64,000 bases of DNA from NCBI GenBank assembly GCA_964620475.1, contig CAZUJN010000001.1, positions 4,651 through 68,650 on the forward strand. Direction: 5' to 3'. Below, one piece after another: positions 28,332 to 38,225 of the stretch (positions are counted from its first letter, which is position 1; every line of letters starts with the position of its first letter). The position numbers and the translations under genes were made by a program. The stretch is from an uncultured Candidatus Saccharibacteria bacterium. Its GTDB lineage: Bacteria; Patescibacteriota; Minisyncoccia; Phycocordibacterales; CAIZLB01. Below the pieces are notes generated by a model. That model did no database searches. It saw nothing but the letters and a program-made list of their open reading frames with translations, and was not told where the DNA came from.

Positions 28332-30194
28332 TTATTTTTCTATATTTATCCCAAACCCTTTAACAATCTCCTCATACTCCGCCTGCTCTAAAGTCTCCTT
28401 CTCCATCAATGCGGCAGATATAGCATCTAGACAAGGACGATTTGTATTTATTATATCTTGAACTCTTTGATAAGCTTCATTCATTATTTTTGAAACCTCA
28501 TTGTCTATAAACTCATTTGTTTTTTCACTATAATTTTTAGATTCTACATTATTTCCAAACATTGCTCGGCCGCCGGCAGGCTCTAATGCTATAGGGCCAA
28601 CAGCATCACTCATGCCATATTTTGTTACCATGTCCCTGGCCAAAGCAGAGGCAACCTGAAGATCATTTGATGAACCTGTTGTAAGATCACCATATATAGT
28701 TTTCTCAACAACATAACCACCAAGTGACACAGCTATATCATCCAAGAATTCTAATTTTGATTGCATCTTCTTATCTTCGTTTGGAAGTTTTAGGGTGTAA
28801 CCTGCAGCACGACCACGAGATATAACAGATACTTTGTGTACAGGATCAGCATATGGAAGTATAGATGCAACTATAGCGTGCCCTGCTTCATGATAAGCGG
28901 TAAGTTCTTTTTCTTTTTTACTCATAACATGGGTTTGACGAACTGGACCCAACATAACTTTTTCTATAGACACAATAAGATCATTTTGCAATATCTCTTT
29001 TCTGTTATGACGTGCTGCCATGATAGCAGCCTCATTCATAATAGAGTGAAGATCGGCACCAGAAAAACCAGGTGTTCTCTCAGCCACAGTTTCAAGCCTA
29101 ACCTCTTTTGAAAGAGGCTTATTCTTTGCGTGAACTTTAAGTATCTCAAGTCTATCTTTTCTGTCTGGTAATTCAACATTTACCCTTCTATCAAAACGTC
29201 CAGGACGTAGAAGCGCAGGATCCAGAACATCTGGTCTGTTTGTAGCAGCCATGATTATTACGGAATCACTTGGCTCAAAACCATCCATCTCTACAAGTAT
29301 CTGATTAAGTGTTTGTTCTCTCTCATCATTACCACCACCCATACCAACACCACGTACACGTCCAACAGCATCGATCTCATCTATGAAAATGATCGCAGGT
29401 TGAGCTGCACGAGCAACTTTAAACATATCTCTAACACGTGAAGCACCAACACCAACGAACAGCTCCACAAACTCAGAACCAGATATAGAAAAGAAAGAAA
29501 CGTTTGCCTCCCCTGCCACAGCTCTCGCTAACAAAGTTTTACCTGTACCTGGAGCACCCATCAAAAGTATTCCACGAGGTATACGAGCACCTATTGATAA
29601 AAACTTTTTAGGATTTTTTAAAAAATCAACAACCTCTTCAAGTTCATGTTTTGCCTCTTTAACACCAGCAACGTCTTTAAAAGTAATCTTTTGTTTTTGG
29701 CCATCAGGATGCATAAGTCTAGCTTTTGAAGAACCAAAAGAGAAAGCTTGTCCACCAGCACCTTTCATACCACGAGATAAAAACCATATTATAAACACAA
29801 ATAATAATATAGGAAACAAAAACGGCAACAGACTAGCTGCTATATAACCTGCACTTCTATCGTCTTTTATTTCTATATTTGTTAAAGCAAGTTTGGTTTT
29901 ATCAACACCAAGATTTGAAAGTGTTTCGGTTAAAGATGATTGTGCTTCTTTTTTAGAAAATTTTACAGTTTCATCTTTATAGGTAACCTCTATTTTATCA
30001 TTAATGTTTTTGATATTAGAAACTTTCTCTAAATTTATATCATTTACCAATTCTGTTAAAGTTATATTTTTGTTTTCTGTGCTACCTTTATTTAAGTAAT
30101 CACTTATAGCAAATATTAATAAGAAAAATATTATTATTCCAAATATATTCTTTAATAAAATTGTTTTGAATCCACTCTTTTTTACTTTTACCAT
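28332..30194 (-). CDS. ftsH: ATP-dependent zinc metalloprotease FtsH
   Basis: Two TMs, [28 protein letters not shown]. Confidence 0.98.
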   Translation of the reverse strand: MVKVKKSGFKTILLKNIFGIIIFFLLIFAISDYLNKGSTENKNITLTELVNDINLEKVSNIKNINDKIEVTYKDETVKFSKKEAQSSLTETLSNLGVDKTKLALTNIEIKDDRSAGYIAASLLPFLFPILLFVFIIWFLSRGMKGAGGQAFSFGSSKARLMHPDGQKQKITFKDVAGVKEAKHELEEVVDFLKNPKKFLSIGARIPRGILLMGAPGTGKTLLARAVAGEANVSFFSISGSEFVELFVGVGASRVRDMFKVARAAQPAIIFIDEIDAVGRVRGVGMGGGNDEREQTLNQILVEMDGFEPSDSVIIMAATNRPDVLDPALLRPGRFDRRVNVELPDRKDRLEILKVHAKNKPLSKEVRLETVAERTPGFSGADLHSIMNEAAIMAARHNRKEILQNDLIVSIEKVMLGPVRQTHVMSKKEKELTAYHEAGHAIVASILPYADPVHKVSVISRGRAAGYTLKLPNEDKKMQSKLEFLDDIAVSLGGYVVEKTIYGDLTTGSSNDLQVASALARDMVTKYGMSDAVGPIALEPAGGRAMFGNNVESKNYSEKTNEFIDNEVSKIMNEAYQRVQDIINTNRPCLDAISAALMEKETLEQAEYEEIVKGFGINIEK

Positions 30195-30238
30195 AAACTG
30201 ATATTAACATTATTTTATGGTATTATCTATATAAATAT

Positions 30239-31357
30239 ATGGCTATAATACAGAACAAAAAGGCTTATCATAACTATGAAATACTTGAAAAGATAGAGAC
30301 AGGTATGATTCTTTTAGGTTTTGAAGTTAAGGCTATAAGATCAGGTCAAATGACATTAGATGGTTCATACATAAAGATAGGTAAACATGACAGAGTTTTT
30401 TTGATAGGTGCCAATATAAAACCATTACAACAAGAAAATATTCCTGATTCATATTCGGAAACAAGAGATAGAGAATTACTGTTGACAAAAAAAGAAATAA
30501 AGCACCTAAAACAAAAGACTGAGACAATTGGTAATACTTTGATACCAATTTCCGTATATAATAAAGAGGGTTTGATAAAACTCGAGATAGCTCTCGCTCG
30601 TGGTAAGAAAAAACATGATAAAAGAGAAAGTATTAAAAAAAGAGAGGCCAACATAGAAATAAACAGAATGTTACATCACAAATCAAAATTCATATTTTTA
30701 CTATTAATATCAAGCCTGTTTGGTCTTTCAAACACAGTTGATGCAAAAGTATTATTAAAAGTTCCTTATTATCAACAACAATACACAAACAGTTGTGAAG
30801 CCGCTGCTACAAAAATGGTATTAGAATATCATGGTATTTATCTAGATGAAGATGAGATATTAAAATCTTTCAACTATAATCCCAGACAAAAAGATACAAC
30901 AAATAATGTATGGGATGATCCAAATGAAATGTTTGTTGGTTTTGTTGATAAAAAAGGACCAGAAAATGGATATGGTGTTTATGGCCCGGCGGTGGTTAAA
31001 GGTATAAAAAAGTTTGAGGTAGATGCAACACATCATGCAAGCTCAAGTATAAACCTGAAACTTATTGCACAAAGTATAAAAGATGATAAACCAGTTATAT
31101 TCTGGGGTTATACTTCCCTAACACAAAAACCATACACATGGAAAACAGAATCCGGTAAAACCATTAAGGCTTTTAGAGGTGAGCATGCACGTGTGGTGGT
31201 TGGTTTTGAAGGTACAGTAAATAACCCAACAGGATTTTATGTACATGACCCCATAAACGGTAAGAAAAACGAGTATTGGTCTAAAAATAAACTATTAACA
31301 AACCTGACTGCGGTACCAGATGTTACTGATCAATTGGTTATAATAGATTCAGATTAA
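30239..31357 (+). CDS. smpB: SmpB fused in frame to a signal peptide and C39-like peptidase
   Basis: aa 1-150 SmpB (NKKA, EVKAIR, RELLL, LARGKKKHDKR); then hydrophobic helix and VPYYQQ...SCEAAA...EHARVVVG...VHDP. Confidence 0.88.
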   Translation: MAIIQNKKAYHNYEILEKIETGMILLGFEVKAIRSGQMTLDGSYIKIGKHDRVFLIGANIKPLQQENIPDSYSETRDRELLLTKKEIKHLKQKTETIGNTLIPISVYNKEGLIKLEIALARGKKKHDKRESIKKREANIEINRMLHHKSKFIFLLLISSLFGLSNTVDAKVLLKVPYYQQQYTNSCEAAATKMVLEYHGIYLDEDEILKSFNYNPRQKDTTNNVWDDPNEMFVGFVDKKGPENGYGVYGPAVVKGIKKFEVDATHHASSSINLKLIAQSIKDDKPVIFWGYTSLTQKPYTWKTESGKTIKAFRGEHARVVVGFEGTVNNPTGFYVHDPINGKKNEYWSKNKLLTNLTAVPDVTDQLVIIDSD

Positions 31358-31404
31358 AACTTGTTTATGTAATATATATAAAGTATACTCGTTTATATCA
31401 ATAC

Positions 31405-31791
31405 GGGGATGACCGGATTCGATATATAGAACTTTGACATGTATGCGTAATAGAGTATTCTCAAATCTCTTAAAACTTTGAGGAACCTTAAGTGCACAAG
31501 CACAAAAAGCTGTTGTATCGCCTTTCGCGTTCAACATGTCTTTCGCAACTGCTAGAGCATAACCTCTAGTCGCGCATCTTACTTTTATCTACTTTGTGTA
31601 AAAGATAGGGTGTAATATAGCAAAGTTGGATTAAGGTAGTAATCTTGATCCTTAATCGAGATAAAAGATTATATTATATGATGTTTCGATATATATTTTG
31701 AGTCATATAATGAATTTTAAAAATATATCTATATTACGTAGAGTTACATGTTTAAACTATATAGACGTGGGTTCGACTCCCACCATCTCCA
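31405..31791 (+). ncRNA. ssrA: tmRNA
   Basis: 5' GGGGATG..GGATTCGA; 3' GGGTTCGACTCCC-ACCATCTCCA; next to smpB; tag ORF 31494-31562 AQAQKAVVSPFAFNMSFATARA*. Confidence 0.93.
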
Positions 31792-31798
31792 CATCAAC

Positions 31799-31824
31799 AA
31801 AAACCACCCTCGCAGGTGGTTTTT
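31799..31824. terminator. Bidirectional terminator after tmRNA
   Basis: AAAAACCACC-ctcgca-GGTGGTTTTT. Confidence 0.75.
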
Positions 31825-31832
31825 TGTTTAGA

Positions 31833-34800
31833 TTATTTTTCTTTTACATCTGGATTAACACGACAGATTATCGAGGTTGTTATCGGAGAAGGAACCAAAT
31901 TTGTTCCAGAACATTTTAATGTATACTTCTGATTTGTTGTTAAACCTGAAACAGTTTTACTTCCACCGCTGGCACCATCAGTAAGTGTTATTGGATAAAC
32001 AGTTGAATCACCTCCGCCAATATTTATATTCCAACCACTAAGATTACATGATGATCCTGAAGGGATGTTTGATATATCCCATGATATTGTACAGTTACCA
32101 TTTTTATTTAATGAAACTTTAGGGTCTTTAGATAGATTAATAACAGGAGGATTAACAACTGTATTATTACACTGAGGTGAAGTGTCCCCTGGCTGACAAC
32201 CTGTTACTGTTGTTGGAGTATATGAACATGTTTTAGAAACAATTTTTCCATCATATAAATCCTTAAGTTCAACAGTCATTGAATCACTTGTTGTTGGTAA
32301 TGCTTTTGTATATACATATGAACCATCTTTGTTTGTGGTTGCAACAAGTGTACCATCTTTCCTGTATTCAACATTACCCAACGTTGTTTTTCTGTCTGGT
32401 GTAAATGTATATGTTAGATTTGTATCACTTGAAGACATAACACAATATGCATTAAAAGCACAAGCAGGATCATTTGTAACTTTATTTACCTGAACACCAT
32501 TTTCTTTATAGACCATATCTCTACCTACACAAGAATTAGTTTTAGTCACCGTTGGGGGTGTACAGGTTGTTCCATCAAAATATCCCATCCAATCACCTGT
32601 TGGGTCTGAACATGTACCAATTGGTTTACATGTTTTACCTGCATCCATAAGATTCTTAAAGAAAGGTGCTATATTTCTGTATTTACCACCATCACTACCA
32701 CTAGGTATATTATATCGAGCTGCTGTAGGTGTGTAAGTACTATCATATCCATCTGAATCAATTTTTGACTGAAACTCAATCTGATAAGGTGAAATACCTT
32801 CCCCATCTAATTTGTACACACTCCAATCACTATTATTAGAAACAGTTGTGGGTTTAACAAGCTCAGGATCATAACAGGTTGCCTCATCAGTCAAACCAGC
32901 TTCTATTATCTTATAAGTTGATGTCCAGCTTTTAGTATCATCACCTCTATTATCTAATCTAAATGTTATAGTACAATTACCATCATATTTCATACCAGGA
33001 ACGTTTTCTTTTTTACCGCCATATCTATAAAGGTTTTTAGAAGCATATTCAGGTGTTAAACCACTTATATCACCATATATTCTATTATCCGGCTGACCAA
33101 ACATAAATCTAAATATTGGATATCTAATCATCTTCCATGAACCAAGTTGTTCAGCTACAACATAAAATCTTTTATTTTCTGTTATAGATGGTCTAGTATC
33201 AGATGTATAGCCAAGATATTTACATATATTTATACTTTTATCATGCCAAGCAGCCCTGTCTGTACCATCTATATTATAAAGAGGAGAAAAAACCTTAGAA
33301 CCAGCTATAAAAGTATTCCTAAGCTCTCCATCAGTACAAAAACTTCTGTCTAAGATAGAATCAACATTACTCTCAAAAACATCTCTTGTTGTAGCAACAG
33401 AACGACACACATCAGAAGACATCTTTCCAGCTTCTACTATTTTTAGATAAACTCTATCATAATCAGTGTCATCTCCTTGATATTTTGTATAAACAGTAAC
33501 ATTACATCCCCCATTATATGTCGCATAATTAACATTTCTCTTTCTTCCACCCGGGTCAAAAGTTATTGTTTTAGATTCATTTTTAACAAATCTATATATA
33601 TGAAATCTCTTATATGTCCAACCAGATCTACCAGAATCAGATATAACATAAAACGGTGATCCGTTGTCTATGGTACCAGCTATTGTTGAACATATATTTA
33701 TACTTGCACTTATAGGCCCACCTGTACTACCTGTACCAGGAGCAGTTATATCAACGACTTCACCAGAAGAAAAATATTTTTTTGCTCTAACATCTTCAAC
33801 AGTACAAGCGTCTCTCAAGAATCTATTACATGCCCATTTCTTAACAAACCACTCATTTGTAGCCGAATCTTCTATACACTCATTGGTTGGTTTAGTGCCA
33901 CACACCTCAACATCAGTAAGAGCTTTAACAGAATGAGCTCCAACAAAAGCAACCGAGGACATCAATAATATCATTAACATCATCAATGATTTTTGTTTTT
34001 TCTTTTTAAAAACCATAAACACTATTATTAGTAATAATATCAATACGGACAGGATCATATAATATATTTTATTTGAATTTACATGTGTAATGTTAACAGT
34101 TTTTGTTTTTGTTAAAATAATACTTCCGTCTTTATCAAGTATATCAACCTTTACCAAGACTTCACCGACCATATTTTTCAACACCTCAACTCTTTCATTC
34201 ACATTTATTGTACCTTCTTTATAAAAAGTTTTATCTATTTCCTTTTTAAAAATCTCTTTTTCATATTGAGAAACAGAAATAACAACTTTATTATTTTCTT
34301 CTTTTTCTAATTTTGATTCATATCCAATATTTGCATAAACATCTAAATCCTCAACCAATATTTGTGTATCAGTAAAATTATAAGCTGAATTAGATAATAT
34401 AAATTTATAATCAACAGATATCTTTGGATAATTAGTTGATGTTATTTTTAATCTATATTCTCCACCATTTATATTCAAAGGCACCTTAATATTCAACACG
34501 TTTTTGGTGAAAGAAACCGCTTTAAAAAAGTTTTTATTTTTTTCTAGATATTTATCAAACTCATCTGGTTGTTTTTGAGGATTTGGGGCCTTTGTCTTAG
34601 GACTAGATGCTGACCAAACGGTGTTATTTTGGACATCAAACACTTCTATATTCAACTCTGGCTCAACCACTTCATAATCAACCCCATCCTGAGCTATTAA
34701 TTTTACAAAAAGATTTGACCCTTTTATTAAATTTAATTTTTCATTAAAAGTAGTAAAGGAATCAGAACTTATTTCCATGTTATCAGTAGAGTACACAACA

Positions 34801-34877
34801 GACTCTTCTGCTTTAATGATTTTATTACCAATAAAAAAACTTAACAATAAAATCAAAAATAAAATATTTTTTTTCAT
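31833..34877 (-). CDS. Large Cys-rich surface protein with an internal TM and second signal-like segment
   Basis: Signal peptide, Ig-like region, TM-KKKK-hydrophobic-VKA, two internal repeats, C-terminal C.ISW...YTLKC module. Confidence 0.65.
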   Translation of the reverse strand: MKKNILFLILLLSFFIGNKIIKAEESVVYSTDNMEISSDSFTTFNEKLNLIKGSNLFVKLIAQDGVDYEVVEPELNIEVFDVQNNTVWSASSPKTKAPNPQKQPDEFDKYLEKNKNFFKAVSFTKNVLNIKVPLNINGGEYRLKITSTNYPKISVDYKFILSNSAYNFTDTQILVEDLDVYANIGYESKLEKEENNKVVISVSQYEKEIFKKEIDKTFYKEGTINVNERVEVLKNMVGEVLVKVDILDKDGSIILTKTKTVNITHVNSNKIYYMILSVLILLLIIVFMVFKKKKQKSLMMLMILLMSSVAFVGAHSVKALTDVEVCGTKPTNECIEDSATNEWFVKKWACNRFLRDACTVEDVRAKKYFSSGEVVDITAPGTGSTGGPISASINICSTIAGTIDNGSPFYVISDSGRSGWTYKRFHIYRFVKNESKTITFDPGGRKRNVNYATYNGGCNVTVYTKYQGDDTDYDRVYLKIVEAGKMSSDVCRSVATTRDVFESNVDSILDRSFCTDGELRNTFIAGSKVFSPLYNIDGTDRAAWHDKSINICKYLGYTSDTRPSITENKRFYVVAEQLGSWKMIRYPIFRFMFGQPDNRIYGDISGLTPEYASKNLYRYGGKKENVPGMKYDGNCTITFRLDNRGDDTKSWTSTYKIIEAGLTDEATCYDPELVKPTTVSNNSDWSVYKLDGEGISPYQIEFQSKIDSDGYDSTYTPTAARYNIPSGSDGGKYRNIAPFFKNLMDAGKTCKPIGTCSDPTGDWMGYFDGTTCTPPTVTKTNSCVGRDMVYKENGVQVNKVTNDPACAFNAYCVMSSSDTNLTYTFTPDRKTTLGNVEYRKDGTLVATTNKDGSYVYTKALPTTSDSMTVELKDLYDGKIVSKTCSYTPTTVTGCQPGDTSPQCNNTVVNPPVINLSKDPKVSLNKNGNCTISWDISNIPSGSSCNLSGWNINIGGGDSTVYPITLTDGASGGSKTVSGLTTNQKYTLKCSGTNLVPSPITTSIICRVNPDVKEK

Positions 34878-34918
34878 ATATATATTTTATATTAAAAAAA
34901 ATTCAAACACCAGAGATT

Positions 34919-35323
34919 TTACCTTATTTCAATCTTTCTGTTGTCTTTATCTATGTGTTCGAAATATATATTTATATCAGCTTCAAAATTATTATCATTT
35001 ATTAATTCAGGCCATTCTATAAAAATAAGATTATTTTGATCATTTAAATATTCTTCAAATTTTAATTTTTGTAAATCTTTATAACTATTTAACCTATAAG
35101 CATCTATGTGTATAAGGTTTTTAAATCCAAGATTATCAAAACCATATCTCTTTAAAATAACAAAAGTTGGACTTTGTATATCTATATTCATTTTTAAAAA
35201 TTCACAAAAGTTCTTTGTAAAAGTGGTCTTCCCTGCACCTAAATCACCAAATAAAAAAACAACAGTTGCTCTATTTGTATTTTTCTTGTCTTTAATCAAA
35301 TTAATAAAGTCATCAAAAATCAT
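34919..35323 (-). CDS. tsaE: t6A biosynthesis ATPase TsaE
   Basis: GDLGAGKTTF, SPTF, HIDAYRL, IEWPE. Confidence 0.95.
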   Translation of the reverse strand: MIFDDFINLIKDKKNTNRATVVFLFGDLGAGKTTFTKNFCEFLKMNIDIQSPTFVILKRYGFDNLGFKNLIHIDAYRLNSYKDLQKLKFEEYLNDQNNLIFIEWPELINDNNFEADINIYFEHIDKDNRKIEIR

Positions 35324-35382
35324 ATATTAACAATAAACAAAAACACCCTATTTTACAAGGGTGCATTTGTTTTATTGAGTTT

Positions 35383-36600
35383 TTATGCAGTCATTAATCT
35401 TTTCTTTGATTGATAAACAAATGTTCCAACCGCAGTTAATATCAATACCATCGTAGCAACCATATAATGTATCCAAGATAGAGATAGACCTGTTGCAGGA
35501 AGATCTCCTAGATATACACCTGACACAGGAGTACCTGATGATATTTTTTGTGTAAATATACCTGATACTGGTGACCCTGATGATATAGAAGATGTATATC
35601 CTGAATAGTTATTTATGTAAGTTGAACAATTTGCTGTTGTTGATCTACCGTTTGAATATACTGTTACCTGTGCATTTTTAGCACCAGCATATGAATAGGT
35701 TTTGTTTATAGCCTGATCATTACCATATAAACTGTCTGTACCTGACCAATAATATGAATAGTTACCATTTCCACCATTCACATTAACCCTCCAAGTAACT
35801 GTTTGATTTATACCAGCATTTGATGGATTAGCATAACATGTTGCTGATAAATTATCATTATAATAATTATCGTTCTCAAATGTAACATCACATGTTTTTG
35901 TAACAGTCTCTTGACCTGATCTTATTGTAACAACAGCTGTTTTAGTACCAGTAGTATATGAGGTAAATGATGTAGCAGAATATGAAGAATAATTCACATC
36001 ACCACTCCAAGAATATGTATAGTTACCAACACCACCTGATGCATAAGCTGTAGCTGTAACAGTTTGACCAACTTTAGGGTTTGAAGGAACTATATTACAA
36101 TAACCAGTTAGATTTACGTGTGTTGGGTTATAAACAACGGCATTACCTCCTGGGTTTGTATAAACATAAACGTTGTTATTGTTAATGTTGTTGTTTATGT
36201 TTGTGCTTGAAGCAACAGCAGTAGCTGTGTTTTTATTATTATTTTTGTTGTTATTCTTATTATTGTTTTTTACAGAAGTGTTTGAATATGAAGGTGTTGC
36301 TGATGTATAAGGGTTATAACCTGAGTAACCAGCGTAATAAGAATATGGCATAGAATATGAACTATATGATGGGTATGAGTATGAGGAATATGAAGGATAT
36401 GAGTATGTAGGTGTGTATGAGTATGATGTATAAGGAACATAATCAGTATAACCACCAGAAGTAGTCCAACCAGAACCAGAATTCCAACTATCTGTACCAT
36501 ATGAACCTGTTGGTCCAGCAAAAGTAACAGTAGGAAACATAAATACAGCAAAAACCGCAGTAAATATTAGTTTTTTAGTTTGTGTGTTTGTTTTTAACAT
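35383..36600 (-). CDS. Ser/Tyr/Asn-rich surface protein with two PKD/Ig-like repeats and LPxTG-like anchor
   Basis: Signal peptide; GG.GNY.Y.WSG repeats; LPATG + TM + KKR tail. Confidence 0.75.
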   Translation of the reverse strand: MLKTNTQTKKLIFTAVFAVFMFPTVTFAGPTGSYGTDSWNSGSGWTTSGGYTDYVPYTSYSYTPTYSYPSYSSYSYPSYSSYSMPYSYYAGYSGYNPYTSATPSYSNTSVKNNNKNNNKNNNKNTATAVASSTNINNNINNNNVYVYTNPGGNAVVYNPTHVNLTGYCNIVPSNPKVGQTVTATAYASGGVGNYTYSWSGDVNYSSYSATSFTSYTTGTKTAVVTIRSGQETVTKTCDVTFENDNYYNDNLSATCYANPSNAGINQTVTWRVNVNGGNGNYSYYWSGTDSLYGNDQAINKTYSYAGAKNAQVTVYSNGRSTTANCSTYINNYSGYTSSISSGSPVSGIFTQKISSGTPVSGVYLGDLPATGLSLSWIHYMVATMVLILTAVGTFVYQSKKRLMTA

Positions 36601-36609
36601 GATGTATAT

Positions 36610-36638
36610 ATATTAGCATACTTGATACTATTTGTCAA
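36610..36638 (-). promoter_or_regulatory. Sigma70-type promoter
   Basis: TTGACA-17 bp-TAATAT, 9 nt upstream of ATG 36600. Confidence 0.65.
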
Positions 36639-36703
36639 GCACTTATATAACCCCAAAAGATAATACAAGTGACAAAAAGCCTTTATTTATATAAATAAAA
36701 TTA

Positions 36704-36723
36704 CCTCGGTGTTTCCACCGAGG
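36704..36723 (-). terminator. Terminator after the YkuD-like gene
   Basis: CCTCGGTG-tttc-CACCGAGG with T-rich tail on the minus strand. Confidence 0.6.
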
Positions 36724-36759
36724 CTGTGCCAGATTTATACGTACCGGCTCAAAAAAACG

Positions 36760-37428
36760 TTAATTTTGAACAACTGTCACTTTTATGCCCACAGACACAA
36801 GACGAAACAATTGAACACCAGCGGGTTCAGACACCCTGATACAACCACGGGATGCAAAGGACAGGTCACCACAATGGATGTATATACCGCGATCTTTAGA
36901 TACAAGTAACGCTTTGGGCATTCTTGCACCTTTGATTTCACGAGATACATGTAGGGACTCCTTGTCGGAAATGGTATAATCTCCTGCACTGATCTGCCTG
37001 TGTTCACCCTCTCTCTCTGAGGTTTGGCAGCGAACCCTACCCATGATTTCACCTTTACCAAAACAGATGATTTCACCTTTTCCGTTGGTATCAAAGGAGA
37101 TTTTAAGGGTGTCAATCGCTGCACCGACAACAAAAAAGCTTGATTTTGTCGACATTGCCTTTGTCACAAGGTTTTTATCAACCTTCCACAGAAACTCTGC
37201 GAAGGTCTCTTTGTCGACCATTTCCTGGAGATCCAGTTTATCAACCTTACCCCAGTTCTTTTGGAGGATAGAGACAACAGCCTCTTTGGAATATTTTCCC
37301 TTGTCCTTTCCGGACCACCCCCACTCAGCTTCATCGCCACCAAAAGTGGAAACTTGTGCAAAACAAGAAGAGGCAAAGGCGGCAAAAAACATGAGAAAAG
37401 CGAACAGAAGTTTTTGAGATGTGTTCAT
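36760..37428 (-). CDS. Secreted L,D-transpeptidase (YkuD)-like protein
   Basis: Signal peptide; MP.A...GIYIHCG....ASRGCIRV catalytic motif. Confidence 0.75.
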   Translation of the reverse strand: MNTSQKLLFAFLMFFAAFASSCFAQVSTFGGDEAEWGWSGKDKGKYSKEAVVSILQKNWGKVDKLDLQEMVDKETFAEFLWKVDKNLVTKAMSTKSSFFVVGAAIDTLKISFDTNGKGEIICFGKGEIMGRVRCQTSEREGEHRQISAGDYTISDKESLHVSREIKGARMPKALLVSKDRGIYIHCGDLSFASRGCIRVSEPAGVQLFRLVSVGIKVTVVQN

Positions 37429-37465
37429 GATTGTTGGTTGTTATTGATTGAAGTTTGACTTTTAT

Positions 37466-37494
37466 ATACTATCATATTTAACTTAAAAAGTCAA
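37466..37494 (-). promoter_or_regulatory. Sigma70-type promoter
   Basis: TTGACT-17 bp-TAGTAT. Confidence 0.6.
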
Positions 37495-37592
37495 TAGTGT
37501 TTATTTAAAATACCTATATTTAATATATATAAAATAAAAAACCCGCCAAAAAAGGCGGTAATTTTTTAGGATGTTTTTTTCATCCCGAAGAC

Positions 37593-38054
37593 TCAATTGA
37601 GTCCAGGTTGGTACCTGGTTATTGCAAAACCACCAGGTTGACCGAAGCTAGAAGGCCTTAGGCTGCACCCTTGCTGAGAGTACAAACCCTGTGCGGCACT
37701 AGTCAGCTGACCCTGAGAAGGCCACCTTCCTGTGCGACGAAACACCCCCTCGGCATAATCTTCAAGCCCTGCCCTTACGTTGTTGGTGGCACCTTGTGGA
37801 GCATCGCCCGAAACCTCAATATAGGCACGGCGGTTCACGGTGTGGGCTTGGCGGGTATAACCGCTAACTTGAGGTTCACCCCCGCCATACGGGTTATACC
37901 CGCGGTAGGGGTTGTAACCCATATATTGTTGAGGGCCCTGGAAACCAGGATATGGAGGTTGTGCACCCACCGGACCATATTGGATCGGCGGCACACATGA
38001 AGTGGTGATGAAGGCAAACAGAGAGACGGCGATAGAGGAGACGATGGTTTTCAT
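37593..38054 (-). CDS. Putative lipoprotein, Gly/Pro/Tyr/Gln-rich
   Basis: MKTIVSSIAVSLFAFITTS|C lipobox-like; own promoter and terminator. Confidence 0.55.
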   Translation of the reverse strand: MKTIVSSIAVSLFAFITTSCVPPIQYGPVGAQPPYPGFQGPQQYMGYNPYRGYNPYGGGEPQVSGYTRQAHTVNRRAYIEVSGDAPQGATNNVRAGLEDYAEGVFRRTGRWPSQGQLTSAAQGLYSQQGCSLRPSSFGQPGGFAITRYQPGLN

Positions 38055-38120
38055 GATTCGATTGGATTGATTGTTGGTTGGTGCGTGGAACTCATACTTA
38101 TGAGTCCCTTACATGCTTAT

Positions 38121-38149
38121 ATATTAACATATTTGTAACCAAAAGTCAA
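38121..38149 (-). promoter_or_regulatory. Sigma70-type promoter
   Basis: TTGACT-17 bp-TAATAT. Confidence 0.6.
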
Positions 38150-38225
38150 CCCTTATACTGCCCCACACAAACAACAAAAACACACACCCCTAGCACAAAA
38201 ACACATAAACATTTACAATTAGTAC

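Noticed and set aside
31349-31919. ORFs 31349-31537- and 31698-31919+
   Set aside because: They overlap tmRNA.
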